A stretch of 64,000 nucleotides of DNA from an uncultured bacterium (GCA_965541615.1 CBEUCJ010000001.1:195754-259753), one strand, 5' to 3'; positions 48,061-58,566 are shown, counted from the first letter of the stretch. Translations and numbers: made by a program. The notes: a model not told the origin generated them from the letters alone.

Positions 48061-48906
48061 ATGAAGTTAGGTATGCAAATCTCTATTCAAGGAGGTTTAG
48101 ATAAGGTAATAGACAGAGCTTTAGAATTAGGTTGTAATTGTATACAATTCTTTCCTAGAAATCCTAGAGAATGGAAGAGAAAGAAATTGAATAAAAAAGA
48201 GGTAGAGTTATTTAAAAAGAAGTTAAAAGATACTAATATTAGTCCTGTAGTAATTCACGCACCTTATACTTGTAATTTAGCTTCTCCAAAAAAAAAGTTA
48301 TACAGAGATTCTGTTAAAGCTTTTATGAGAGATGTTCAAGATGCAGATATATTAGGTGCAGATTTTTTTGTTTTTCATATGGGTTCTCATTCAAAGACTT
48401 CAGAAAAAGAGGGTTTAGATAGAGTGACAGAAGCTTTAAAGACTGTATTTGAAAAATTGAAGCCTCGTTGTACAATTTTATTAGAAAATACCTCAGGTAG
48501 TGGAAGTTGGTTAGGTTATACTTTTTGGCATCATAATTATATTTTAAAAAAATTAAAATGGAACAAGAAAATAGGAGTGTGTTTAGATACTTGTCATAGT
48601 TTTTGTGCAGGATATGATATCTCTACAGAGGAGGGTTTAGAGAATTTATTAGAAGAAATAGATAAAACTGTGGGTTTAGAAAGATTAAAATTAATTCATT
48701 TAAATGATTCAAAAGACAAACTTGGTTCAAAAAAAGATAGGCACTTTCATATAGGAGAAGGATTCATTGGTTTAGAGGCTTTTAAGAGAATAGTAAATCA
48801 CCCAAAATTGAGAGATCTGCCATTTATTTTAGAGACACCCAATAAAAACCCTTCTGATGATCCTAAGAATTTAATGATTGTAAAGAGTATTAGAATTGAA
48901 AACTAA
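48061..48906 (+). CDS. nfo: Endonuclease IV
   Basis: HAPY, FHMGS, LLENT, DTCH, HLNDS, DRH, ILETP. Confidence 0.92.
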   Translation: MKLGMQISIQGGLDKVIDRALELGCNCIQFFPRNPREWKRKKLNKKEVELFKKKLKDTNISPVVIHAPYTCNLASPKKKLYRDSVKAFMRDVQDADILGADFFVFHMGSHSKTSEKEGLDRVTEALKTVFEKLKPRCTILLENTSGSGSWLGYTFWHHNYILKKLKWNKKIGVCLDTCHSFCAGYDISTEEGLENLLEEIDKTVGLERLKLIHLNDSKDKLGSKKDRHFHIGEGFIGLEAFKRIVNHPKLRDLPFILETPNKNPSDDPKNLMIVKSIRIEN

Positions 48907-48919
48907 AAGGAGGCAAAAA

Positions 48920-51385
48920 ATGAGTTACCCTTTCAAGGAGATAGAAAAAAAATGGCAAAAAAAATGGGAGGAATCCAAGTTATTTAAATGTGACTTAGAT
49001 GATGCTACTAAACCTAAATTTTATTGTTTGGTTATGTTTCCTTATCCTTCCTCAGAACTCCATGTAGGGCATGCCAGAAACTATGTATTAGGAGATGCTG
49101 TAGCTCGTTATAAATTAATGCGAGGGTTTAATGTGTTGAATCCTATGGGCTGGGATGCTTTTGGATTACCAGCTGAAAACCAAGCTATTAAACATAATAT
49201 CCATCCAAAGACATGGACTTTTAATAATATAAAAAGAATAAAAGAACAACTTAAAAGCTGGGGAGTAGTTTACGATTGGGATAGAGAAATAGCGACCTGC
49301 GAACCTGATTATTACAAATGGACTCAATGGTTATTTTTGAAGCTTTTTGAGAAGGGTTTAGCTTATAAGAAAAAAGCTCCTGTTAATTGGTGTCCAAAAT
49401 GTAAAACAGTATTAGCAAATGAGCAGGTAATAGATGGAAAATGTGAAAGATGTTCTACAGAAGTAGAATGGAGAGAGTTAGAACAATGGTTCTTTAAGAT
49501 AACTTATTATCAAGATAGGTTATTAGAAGATTTAGAGATGTTAAAAGGATGGCCTGAAAAAGTAAAGATAATGCAAAGAAACTGGATAGGAAAATCCTGG
49601 GGAGCTGAGATAAAGTTTAAAGTTAAAGGGAAAGATATTGACATTGTATGTTTTACTACAAGACCTGATACTTTATTTGGAGCAAGTTTTTTAGTTTTAG
49701 CTCCTGAACACCCTTTAATTAAAGATTTAATTTCAGATTCTAAAAATTTTTCTGAGCTAAAAAGTGCTATAGAGAGATTAAGAAAGCAACCTAAATTCAT
49801 AAGATATCTAAAAGACGTTGAGAAAGAAGGAGTTTTTTTAGAAAAATTTGCTATAAATCCAGTAAACAATAAAGAAATACCCATATTTGTATCGAATTAC
49901 GTTCTAACTGAATATGGAACAGGAGCAGTTTTTGGGTGCCCAGCTCATGACCAGAGAGATTTTGAATTCGCTAAGAAATACAACTTAGAAATAATAGAAG
50001 TTATTAGACCTTTAGAAGGTCAAAGTCCTTTACCTTTTAAAGCTTATGAAGGAGAAGGAGTTTTAGTGAATTCAGATAGATTTACAGGTTTAGATTCACA
50101 AAGAGCAAAAAAAGAGATAGTAAAATTTTTAGAAGAAAAAGGCTTAGCAAAAGAAAGCTTTCAATATAAATTAAAAGATTGGTTAATTTCTAGACAAAGA
50201 TACTGGGGGGCACCTATCCCTATTATCTACTGTGAGAAATGCGGGATAGTCCCTGTCCCAGAAAAAGATTTACCAGTTTTATTACCTCCTGTTAAAGAAT
50301 TTAAACCCACAGGTGAAAGTCCTTTAAAGTATGTAAAAGAGTTCGTTGAGACTAAATGTCCAAAATGTAAAGGACCTGCAAAAAGAGAAACCGATACCAT
50401 GGATACTTTTGTAGATTCAGCCTGGTATTATTTAAGATACATATCTCCTCATTTAGAATCAGCTCCATTCGATGTAGAGAAAGTGAATAAATGGTTACCT
50501 GTCGATCAATACATAGGAGGAGTAGAACACGCAGTTTTACATCTTCTTTATTCAAGATTTATAACTAAGTTTTTGTATGATTTGGGATTAGTAAATTTTA
50601 AAGAACCTTTTATGAATCTTTTTACACAAGGTATGATAATAAAAGATGGAGTTAAGATGTCAAAATCTAAAGGAAATGTAGTTTCACCTGATTTTATAAT
50701 AGAAAATTATGGAGCTGACACCATGAGACTTTATATTCTGTTTATGGGTCCTCCTGAAAAGGATGCAGAATGGCAGGATAAAGGTCTACAAGGATGTTTT
50801 AGATTTCTGAACAGATTCTGGAATTTAATAGAAGAAGCAAGACAAAAGAAGTTAATTGAGAATGTAAAAAAAGAATTTGATCTGAATTCTGAGAGCTCAA
50901 AGATATTATGGAAAAAGCTAAACTACACTATAAAAGAAGTAACTCAAAATTTAGAAAATAATTTCAGATTTAATACAGCAATAGCTAAAATAATGGAATT
51001 AGTAAACACTATATATCAAGTAAAGGATTCTCAAGATTTAGATAAAAATCTTTATGTTGAAGTATTAAAGAAACTCAGTTTGTTATTAGCTTGTTTTGCT
51101 CCTCACATTGCAGAAGAAGCTTGGTCTATTTTAGGAGGAAAAGAATCTGTATTTAAACAAAAATGGCCTTCTTATTCAGAAGAGATTCTAGAAGAATCTG
51201 AAATTGAATATGCAGTTTTAGTAAATGGAAGAGTAAAATCTCACATAAAGATAAATAAAAATTTAAATTCTGAAGAGATAAAAAAGATAGCTTTAGAAGA
51301 CCCCAAAATCAAAAAGATTTTAGGAGAAAAAGTTCCTAAAAAAATAATTTTGGTACCTCAAAAACTCATTAATATCGTAATTTAG
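48920..51385 (+). CDS. leuS: Leucine-tRNA ligase
   Basis: MFPYPS, HVGH, KMSKS; start reassigned to ATG 48920 after SD AGGAGG. Confidence 0.95.
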   Translation: MSYPFKEIEKKWQKKWEESKLFKCDLDDATKPKFYCLVMFPYPSSELHVGHARNYVLGDAVARYKLMRGFNVLNPMGWDAFGLPAENQAIKHNIHPKTWTFNNIKRIKEQLKSWGVVYDWDREIATCEPDYYKWTQWLFLKLFEKGLAYKKKAPVNWCPKCKTVLANEQVIDGKCERCSTEVEWRELEQWFFKITYYQDRLLEDLEMLKGWPEKVKIMQRNWIGKSWGAEIKFKVKGKDIDIVCFTTRPDTLFGASFLVLAPEHPLIKDLISDSKNFSELKSAIERLRKQPKFIRYLKDVEKEGVFLEKFAINPVNNKEIPIFVSNYVLTEYGTGAVFGCPAHDQRDFEFAKKYNLEIIEVIRPLEGQSPLPFKAYEGEGVLVNSDRFTGLDSQRAKKEIVKFLEEKGLAKESFQYKLKDWLISRQRYWGAPIPIIYCEKCGIVPVPEKDLPVLLPPVKEFKPTGESPLKYVKEFVETKCPKCKGPAKRETDTMDTFVDSAWYYLRYISPHLESAPFDVEKVNKWLPVDQYIGGVEHAVLHLLYSRFITKFLYDLGLVNFKEPFMNLFTQGMIIKDGVKMSKSKGNVVSPDFIIENYGADTMRLYILFMGPPEKDAEWQDKGLQGCFRFLNRFWNLIEEARQKKLIENVKKEFDLNSESSKILWKKLNYTIKEVTQNLENNFRFNTAIAKIMELVNTIYQVKDSQDLDKNLYVEVLKKLSLLLACFAPHIAEEAWSILGGKESVFKQKWPSYSEEILEESEIEYAVLVNGRVKSHIKINKNLNSEEIKKIALEDPKIKKILGEKVPKKIILVPQKLINIVI

Positions 51386-51708
51386 TGATTTTTAAGATTT
51401 CTTATCAAGAGAGAAAAGCTCTTCTTATTTTGGTTTGTATAATTTCAGTAGGAGTAGCTTTTAAATTTATAAAGAAAAAAGTCAGATTTGCTCAGATAGA
51501 ACAAAAGTTTTTTCAAAAATGCATTAATGTAAACAAAGCAGATTTTAAAGAGCTGGTGACTTTACCTTTTATAGGAGAAAAAATAGCCAAAGAAATAATA
51601 AAAGAAAGGCAGAAAAAGCCATTTAATTCTTTAGAAGATTTATTAAGAGTAAAAGGGATAGGTAATAAAAAATTAGAGAAGATAAAAAGATTCATTTGTT
51701 TTGATTAA
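51385..51708 (+). CDS. comEA: ComEA-like helix-hairpin-helix DNA-binding protein
   Basis: TM plus INVNKA...LPFIG...VKGIG. Confidence 0.85.
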   Translation: MIFKISYQERKALLILVCIISVGVAFKFIKKKVRFAQIEQKFFQKCINVNKADFKELVTLPFIGEKIAKEIIKERQKKPFNSLEDLLRVKGIGNKKLEKIKRFICFD

Positions 51709-53119
51709 GTTTTTAGCTCCTTTATTTTTCATCTTTTTTTCTATAGGAATTTTTTTGAGTAAATTTTTTTCTTTCAATTTTTTATTCTTTTCTCTACTGC
51801 TTTTTATAATTCTTTTGTATTTTTTCTTAAAATTTAAAAGATTATTTTTATTCGACATTTTTTTACTTTTAGTTTTTTTAATTTTAGGAGCTCTTTTGCA
51901 CAGAATAAATATTTTTAGTTCATCTGCCCACATAAAAAATTTTTTAAAAGAAAAAGAAGTAATTTTTCTTAAAGGCATTATAAATTCAGACCCCAAAAAG
52001 TATTCTAAAAATTTTACTGAATTTTTAATAATGCCTTTGGTGTTAGAAAGAGAAAATAAAATAATCAAAAAAATAGAAGGAAATATAAAAGCATTTTATT
52101 GGGGAAATTTAGATTTAAATTATGGAGATCTTTTAATATTAAAAGCAAAAGTTAAAAAAAATAATCTCTATATAATCTGGCTAAAGAAAATAGGTAGATT
52201 CTTTCTTAATCCTTTAAAGTACGCTTCTTATAAACTAAGAAAAAGTATAGAGAAGACTTTTCAAAGAGAATTTTCTCCACAAATCTCAGGGTTTTTAAAT
52301 TCTATTCTTATTGGTAAAAGAGAGTATCTATCAAAAAAAGAGCTAATCATTTTTAAAAATACAGGGACTATGCATCTTTTGGCTATTAGTGGTTTGCATG
52401 TAGGAGTATTTACAGGTATTTTAAATTTTATTTTGAAATTTTTTGGATTAAAGAAAAAATTTAGATATTTTTTTCTTTTGCTTTCTCTTCCTTTTTATGC
52501 TGTTTTGACTGGTTTAAATCCACCTGTATTGAGAGCATGTATTCTGGTATTTTTTTGGATAATCAGTTTTTTCTTAAATAGACCGCAGGATTTAATTAAT
52601 AATTTATTTATTTCAGCATTGTTACTTTTATTTTTTAAACCTGAACTCCTTTTTAACATAAGTTTTCAGTTTTCCTATATATGCACTTTTTTTATAATCC
52701 TTTTTTTAAATACTATTAAATTTAAACCTCCTCTTCTTTATCTTAAAAATCTATCTTTAATCTCTATTGTAGCTTTTTTGAGTACTCTGCCTTTAGTTTC
52801 ATTTTATTTTGGTATAATCCCTTTTGTAGGAATAATAGCTAACATATTTTTGACACCTATTTTATTTTTGGTAATGTCATTAAGCTTTTTATTTTTGTTT
52901 TTACAAATTTTCAAATTAGGATTCATTATAAAAGATTCTCTTTTATTTTTGGTAGAGCTCTTTAGATTAATTAACTTTTTTTTATTTAAGATAGGTGGTA
53001 AGATAGATTTTAAATTTTCAATTTTAGGAGTAGTTTTCTATTATTCTTTATTTTTAGGGATGATATTTATTTTTAAGTATTCTAGAAGAAAACAAGATAC
53101 TCCTTTAATTTTACCTTGA
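51701..53119 (+). CDS. comEC: ComEC/Rec2 competence channel (no beta-lactamase domain)
   Basis: GTMHLLAISGLHV, PPVLRA, SFQFS. Confidence 0.85.
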   Translation: MIKFLAPLFFIFFSIGIFLSKFFSFNFLFFSLLLFIILLYFFLKFKRLFLFDIFLLLVFLILGALLHRINIFSSSAHIKNFLKEKEVIFLKGIINSDPKKYSKNFTEFLIMPLVLERENKIIKKIEGNIKAFYWGNLDLNYGDLLILKAKVKKNNLYIIWLKKIGRFFLNPLKYASYKLRKSIEKTFQREFSPQISGFLNSILIGKREYLSKKELIIFKNTGTMHLLAISGLHVGVFTGILNFILKFFGLKKKFRYFFLLLSLPFYAVLTGLNPPVLRACILVFFWIISFFLNRPQDLINNLFISALLLLFFKPELLFNISFQFSYICTFFIILFLNTIKFKPPLLYLKNLSLISIVAFLSTLPLVSFYFGIIPFVGIIANIFLTPILFLVMSLSFLFLFLQIFKLGFIIKDSLLFLVELFRLINFFLFKIGGKIDFKFSILGVVFYYSLFLGMIFIFKYSRRKQDTPLILP

Positions 53120-53165
53120 AATTTTATTCTTGCAAAAGGATTCTGTTATGATAAAAATTTTTTCT

Positions 53166-54086
53166 ATGAGAAAAATACTAATTTTATTCTTCTTGATATT
53201 TTTTTCTCAAACAGTTTTTGCTTTTTGGATATGGAGCCCTAAAACTAAAAAATGGAAGAATCCAAAAATTTCTCCTAAACCTACTGCTCAATCTCAATTC
53301 CAATATGCAAAGGAACTTTTTGATAAGAAAGAATACTTGAGAGCAATTAAAGAGTTCCAAAAAGTAGAAAAGTATTTTAAAGGATCTAAAAAAGCAAGTT
53401 TAGCTCTTTACTATATAGGAGTATGTTATGAGAATCTAAAAGAAGATTTAAAAGCTTTTAAAGTATACAAAAAACTTTTAGAGAGTTATCCTTTTTTTGA
53501 GAATTTAGAAGAAATATATAAAAGAATGTATGAGATTGGAGAAAGATTAGAAAAGAAAAAAACTCGTAAATTTTTAGGTTTGGAATTAGAGCCTCCAAGT
53601 TTACTAGTTTTTAGGACTTTAGCTGAAGAAGGAGCTCATACTGAGTATGCTATGAAAGCTCTTTATAAAGAAGGTATAATTTTAATGAGATTGAATAAGT
53701 TTCTGGAAGCTCAAAGATGTTTTAAAAAGATTACAGAAGAGTACTCAGATAGCAAGTTAGCAAAACTCTCTAAATTCTGGTTAGCTTTATGTAAAATAAA
53801 GAGTTCTCCCAAAATTGAGTATGCTCAACAGGATTTAGAATCTGCTGAGAAACTTTTGAAAGAGTTTTTGTCTGAGTGCTCTGAAAAAGAGTTAATAGAG
53901 TCTGCAAAGAAAGAATTAAAATTTTTGAGAGGAAAGATAGCTGAGAAGAATTATAAAATAGCTCAATTTTACGAGTCTCAAAAAGCATTTAACTCTGCAA
54001 AGATTTACTATGAGTACATAATAAAGAATTTTCCTGATACTGAATGGGCAAAAAAAGCCAAAGAAAAATTAAAGCAGTTACCATGA
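53166..54086 (+). CDS. bamD: BamD-like TPR outer-membrane assembly protein
   Basis: Signal peptide from ATG 53166, TPRs, IAQFY...AKIYY...FPDT. Confidence 0.7.
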   Translation: MRKILILFFLIFFSQTVFAFWIWSPKTKKWKNPKISPKPTAQSQFQYAKELFDKKEYLRAIKEFQKVEKYFKGSKKASLALYYIGVCYENLKEDLKAFKVYKKLLESYPFFENLEEIYKRMYEIGERLEKKKTRKFLGLELEPPSLLVFRTLAEEGAHTEYAMKALYKEGIILMRLNKFLEAQRCFKKITEEYSDSKLAKLSKFWLALCKIKSSPKIEYAQQDLESAEKLLKEFLSECSEKELIESAKKELKFLRGKIAEKNYKIAQFYESQKAFNSAKIYYEYIIKNFPDTEWAKKAKEKLKQLP

Positions 54087-54583
54087 GAAAACTTTGTTTA
54101 CTTTTAGTTTTATGTGGTTGTGGATACACAATTTTAACTGTAAAAAACATAGAATCTTTACAATTAGTCCCATTTGAAAATAGAGTAAAAATTACCACAC
54201 ATTCACAAAATTATTCTCAGACTCAAGTTTATCCTGTAGGATTAGAAGATAAAATAACAAAGTTCTTGAAAAAAGAAATCTTAACAAAGACCAATCTAAA
54301 ATTAGTCCAAGATTCACAAGTCTTGCTTAAAGGGTATATAAAAGATTTTAAAAGATACCCTTTAACTTACACTGAATCTGAAGATGTTGATCAATATAGA
54401 ATAATCTGTGTTTGTAGAATAACTTTGACAGATAGAGATAAAGTAATTTTAGATAAAAATGTAACAGAAGATTTTGTCTTTTGTGTAAGAGGAGAAAATT
54501 CTATAAGTTTTAAAGAAGCTGAGACTATCATAGCTGAAAGAATAGCTGAAAAAATAACTGAAGTCCTAAGGTACACATGGTAA
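54083..54583 (+). CDS. lptE: LPS assembly lipoprotein LptE
   Basis: Lipobox LCGCGY from ATG 54083, PFEN motif; synteny with leuS/holA. Confidence 0.7.
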   Translation: MRKLCLLLVLCGCGYTILTVKNIESLQLVPFENRVKITTHSQNYSQTQVYPVGLEDKITKFLKKEILTKTNLKLVQDSQVLLKGYIKDFKRYPLTYTESEDVDQYRIICVCRITLTDRDKVILDKNVTEDFVFCVRGENSISFKEAETIIAERIAEKITEVLRYTW

Positions 54584-55239
54584 GAAATGTGATAATTTTA
54601 ATAGGAGAAAATAATCAAAGTAAAAAAAGATTCATAGAAAAGATTAGAAAAGAACTAATTCCTAATTCTTTAAAGGAATTAAACATTAATACTTACTTTC
54701 CTGAAGATTTAAATAAAGAAAAACTCTTGGAAATTTTAAATACAGTAACTTTTTTTGGTAAAAAAATAATCATAATCAATAGAGCTCAAGATTTGTCTGA
54801 AGATTTAAAGAAGCTAATTATACAAAAGGTAGAGACTCTAAAAGAAGATAAAATCTTAATCCTGAACTTTGAAGAATCAGAGCGTTTGGTATTAGAAGAA
54901 GATATTCTGTATTCAGCTGTTTCTAAAAAAGCAAAGGTTTACAAAATGGGATTAAGAAAAAAGATGAACCTTTCTTCTTTTTCAAAATCTTTTCAAAATT
55001 CAGATATAGAAAAAAGTATATACATAATGAACTTTCTGTGTAATCAAACTCCTTCAGTTTCCCAGTTTCAAAAAGAAGTCTGGAAAATTTTAGGTACGAT
55101 AATTAAGAATTATCAAAAATTAAATAAAAAAAATAGAGAAAAACTTTTTGAGATTTTTAAAACCGAGAGGAGATTAAAGAGTTTAAGTTTTAATCCTTTA
55201 AGATTAATAGAATTTTTGATAATTAAATTACTTAGATAA
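54577..55239 (+). CDS. holA: DNA polymerase III delta subunit-like (short)
   Basis: LIGE...LN...FFGKKIIII; position between lptE and rpsT. Confidence 0.6.
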   Translation: MVRNVIILIGENNQSKKRFIEKIRKELIPNSLKELNINTYFPEDLNKEKLLEILNTVTFFGKKIIIINRAQDLSEDLKKLIIQKVETLKEDKILILNFEESERLVLEEDILYSAVSKKAKVYKMGLRKKMNLSSFSKSFQNSDIEKSIYIMNFLCNQTPSVSQFQKEVWKILGTIIKNYQKLNKKNREKLFEIFKTERRLKSLSFNPLRLIEFLIIKLLR

Positions 55240-55497
55240 AAGAAGTTGATTTAGTTTCTTTGCCAATTTGCTCTTTTGACGAGAAGCTTTATTTTTATGG
55301 ATTACTCTTTTTTGAGCTGCCATGTCTAGTTTTTTATATACAACAGATAAGTATTTTTTAGCTTCCTGTAGATTACTTTCTAAAAGTTTTTTGAATTTCT
55401 TTATACTTTCTTTTAGTTCTTTTTTGACTTTTAAATTTCTTAATCTTCTTTTTTGAGCTTTTCTTAAAGCTCTTAATGCAGTTCTTGTTTGAGGCAT
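55228..55497 (-). CDS. rpsT: 30S ribosomal protein S20
   Basis: MPQTRTALRALRK...LDMAAQKRVIHKNKASRQKSKL; SD AAGGAG before ATG 55497. Confidence 0.92.
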   Translation of the reverse strand: MPQTRTALRALRKAQKRRLRNLKVKKELKESIKKFKKLLESNLQEAKKYLSVVYKKLDMAAQKRVIHKNKASRQKSKLAKKLNQLLLSK

Positions 55498-55547
55498 TTT
55501 TGTCTCCTTTTGATGTTGAAGGTAAAAATATATCATATTTTAGATAG

Positions 55548-57056
55548 ATGTCAATGAAATTTGAGAGGAGATTTTTAAAAAATTCTCTTTTGTTAAGTAT
55601 AGGAGTAATTTTATCAAGGATAAGTGGATTTTTGAGAGATTTGATTTTAGCTAACTATTTTGGAGTAAAAGGAGTAATTGAAGCTTTTTTTATTTCTCAA
55701 AGGATCCCTAATCTTTTAAGGTATGTTTTAGGAGAAGGGATAGTGAATTCAGCTATTGTGCCTGTATTGAGTAGGTATAAAGATACCAAAGATTTTAATA
55801 AGATCTGTAATTCTTTAATCTTGGTCTTTGGATCTTTAGGTATAGTAATCTCTTTTATGGGAAGTATTTTGGCTCCTTTATTTGTAAAGATTTTGGCTCC
55901 AGGTTTCTTAAAGAATAAAGAGTTATTTTTAATGACTACTAAACTTACAAGGATAACTTTTTTTTATTTTTTCTTTATAACTGTATTTTCTTCTTTTATG
56001 GGAATCTTATTTTGTTTGGGAGAATTTTTTTCTTCTGGTTTTTCTCCTTTTATAGCTAACTTAGTATTAATTTTGGGAATAATATTTTCTGTAAAGTTTT
56101 TAAAATCTCCTATTTACGGAATAGCATGGTTTTTTGTGTTTTCTGGTCTTTTTTATCCTCTAACTCAATTGCTTTTTCTTTTTAAAAGAGGTTTTGTATT
56201 TAATTTGCCTAAAAAAATTTTTTTAAAACCTATAAAAGAAATCGCAAAGTTATCTTTCCAAAGATTATTTCTATTTGCCTTTTGGTATCTTAATAACATC
56301 ATAGATACTATATTTTCTTCTCTCTTTTGGATAGTAGGGAGAGGAGCTGTTTCAGCTATTTATTATTCTCAAAGGTTGATAAGTTTGCCTTTGGGAGTGG
56401 TAGGTTTTTCTTTCTTGGGAGCAGGCACTGCTCAACTTTCAGAATATGTAAGTAAAGAAGATATTTCTAAATTTCAAGATGTATTTAGTTATTCTTTAAG
56501 ATTATTGAGTTTTTTAATTATTCCTCTTAGTTTTGTCTATATTCTTTTCCCTGATTCTATAATAAGATTATTGTTCGAAAGAGGTAAATTTACTCCAGAT
56601 TCTACATTCTTTGTAAGTTGGCCTTTGATCTTTTATTCTTTTGGTCTTTATTTTTTTTCAATAAACTATCTCCTCAATTCTTTTTTCTTTTCACACTGTG
56701 ATTTAAAGACTCCTTTAAAGATATCTTTTTTTTCTTTCTTGTTGAACGTAGTTTTGAATCTGATTCTAATATTTCCATTAAGGACTGGAGGGATAGCTTT
56801 ATCTACTAGTTTGACAGCTTTTTTTAGATTCTTGTGGTATATTTTTATAATAAAGAAGAGAGGAGTAAATTTTAAAGGTTTTTTTTCTTATGTAAGTAAG
56901 ATAACTTTGTTGAGTTTTGTAATAGGAGTTTTAATATTTTATCTCTCTAAAAAACTTAACTTTATTAATTGTATTTTTTTAGGAGCAATTTTCTATATAT
57001 TTACATCTTTCATTTTGGGATTATTTCCTGTCAGATATGGAGAAAGAAAAGTTTAA
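55548..57056 (+). CDS. murJ: Lipid II flippase MurJ
   Basis: SRISGFLRD, RIPNLLR...GEG, LFERGKF. Confidence 0.9.
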   Translation: MSMKFERRFLKNSLLLSIGVILSRISGFLRDLILANYFGVKGVIEAFFISQRIPNLLRYVLGEGIVNSAIVPVLSRYKDTKDFNKICNSLILVFGSLGIVISFMGSILAPLFVKILAPGFLKNKELFLMTTKLTRITFFYFFFITVFSSFMGILFCLGEFFSSGFSPFIANLVLILGIIFSVKFLKSPIYGIAWFFVFSGLFYPLTQLLFLFKRGFVFNLPKKIFLKPIKEIAKLSFQRLFLFAFWYLNNIIDTIFSSLFWIVGRGAVSAIYYSQRLISLPLGVVGFSFLGAGTAQLSEYVSKEDISKFQDVFSYSLRLLSFLIIPLSFVYILFPDSIIRLLFERGKFTPDSTFFVSWPLIFYSFGLYFFSINYLLNSFFFSHCDLKTPLKISFFSFLLNVVLNLILIFPLRTGGIALSTSLTAFFRFLWYIFIIKKRGVNFKGFFSYVSKITLLSFVIGVLIFYLSKKLNFINCIFLGAIFYIFTSFILGLFPVRYGERKV

Positions 57057-58257
57057 AGAACTTCCTTCTAAATGTGGAGTATATATTTTCAAAGATAGTA
57101 AAGGAAAAGTCTTATATGTAGGTAAAGCCAAAAATATTAAGGAAAGAGTAGCTAACCATTTTTCTTCAAAAGATCCCAAGCACGTTCTTTTAATAGAGAA
57201 GACTAAATACATAGATTATTATCTCTGTCCTACAGAACCCCAAGCTTTATTATTAGAGCAAGCTTTAATTAAAGAAAATTCTCCTCCTTTTAACATAGAG
57301 CTAAGAGATGATAAAAGTTATCCTTATGTAAGAATAAGTTTAGATGAGTTTCCTTCAATAAGCATCGTTAGACCAAAGGATAAAACAGATGCTTTGTATT
57401 TAGGACCTTTTACAAATAAAAAAATATTGAGACAAGCTCTAAATTTTATAAGAAAGATCTTTCCTTTTAGGACTTGCAAAAGAATGAAGAAGAAAGCGTG
57501 TTTAAACTACCATTTAAATCTATGTCCTGCTCCTTGTCAAAATAAAATTAAGAAAGAAGATTATAATAAAAACATAAAGAGAATAATAAAAATATTAAAA
57601 GGGGAAAGAAGAGATTTAATTCAAGAACTAGAAAATGAGATGCAAAAGTTAGCTAAAGAATTGAGATTTGAAGAGGCAGCTATTTTGAGAGAAAAGTTGA
57701 AAGCTTTGTTAGCTATATACGAAGGAATGAGAGGCTATATTCAGGAAGCTACACTTTTAAAAGATATTTTAGGATTAAAAAAGCTTCCTAGGATAATAGA
57801 AGGTTTTGATGTTTCAAATTTAGGGGGGAAGTTAGCTTGTGGGGCTATGGTAAGATTTGTAGAAGGAGAACCTGATAAATCTAACTATAGAAGGTTTAAG
57901 ATAAAACAAGCTTTTACTAAATCTGATTTAGATATGTTAGCTGAAATAGTAAGAAGAAGATATACTAGACTTTTAAAAGAAAAAAAAGAACTCCCAGATT
58001 TGATATTGATAGATGGAGGTTTAGCCCATTTACATACAGCAAAAAGAGAACTCAAAAAATTAGGTTTAGATATCTATGTAATATCTATTGCTAAAAAAGA
58101 AGAAAAGATTTATACTGATTTGAGAGAGGAACCTTTAATTTTACCTAAAAATTCTCCTGGTTTGCAGTTGATTCAAAGAATAAGAAATGAAGCACACAGA
58201 TTTTCAAAAGATTATCACAAAATTTTACAGAGAAAATCTCTTTACAGAAAAGATTAA
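57037..58257 (+). CDS. uvrC: Excinuclease UvrC (short form, no C-terminal HhH)
   Basis: GVY...YVGKA GIY-YIG domain, Cys cluster, UVR domain, GFDVS, LIDGG, RNEAHRF. Confidence 0.85.
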   Translation: MEKEKFKELPSKCGVYIFKDSKGKVLYVGKAKNIKERVANHFSSKDPKHVLLIEKTKYIDYYLCPTEPQALLLEQALIKENSPPFNIELRDDKSYPYVRISLDEFPSISIVRPKDKTDALYLGPFTNKKILRQALNFIRKIFPFRTCKRMKKKACLNYHLNLCPAPCQNKIKKEDYNKNIKRIIKILKGERRDLIQELENEMQKLAKELRFEEAAILREKLKALLAIYEGMRGYIQEATLLKDILGLKKLPRIIEGFDVSNLGGKLACGAMVRFVEGEPDKSNYRRFKIKQAFTKSDLDMLAEIVRRRYTRLLKEKKELPDLILIDGGLAHLHTAKRELKKLGLDIYVISIAKKEEKIYTDLREEPLILPKNSPGLQLIQRIRNEAHRFSKDYHKILQRKSLYRKD

Positions 58258-58531
58258 ACTCACTCAATTTCAAAAAAAAGTTTTAAAAGAAGTACTAAAA
58301 ATTCCTTTAGGAGAGACTCTGAGTTACAAAGAGTTAGCTAAAAGAATAGGACATCCAAGAGCTTTAAGAGCTGTAGGAAAAGCTTTGAAAGAAAATCCTT
58401 TTCCTTTAATAATTCCTTGCCATAGAGTCGTAAAGTCTTCAGGAGAGTTAGGTGGGTATAGTAAGGGTAAAGAGTTGAAGAAAAAACTATTGGAGTTAGA
58501 AAAAGAGATAAAGAAGATTTTATCTTCTTGA
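58187..58531 (+). CDS. O6-methylguanine-DNA methyltransferase, C-terminal domain only
   Basis: IPLGETLSY, RAVG, NP...IPCHRV active-site Cys; start uncertain. Confidence 0.8.
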   Translation: MKHTDFQKIITKFYRENLFTEKIKLTQFQKKVLKEVLKIPLGETLSYKELAKRIGHPRALRAVGKALKENPFPLIIPCHRVVKSSGELGGYSKGKELKKKLLELEKEIKKILSS

Positions 58532-58566
58532 AAAAATTCTAACTGAATCATAAAATAACTTTTGAA

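Noticed and set aside
953-58551. Numerous 60-130 aa ORFs antisense to or nested in long genes (e.g. 953-1207, 8968-9282, 49510-49884, 51673-52068)
   Set aside because: Shadow ORFs of well-supported genes, with no motifs or SD
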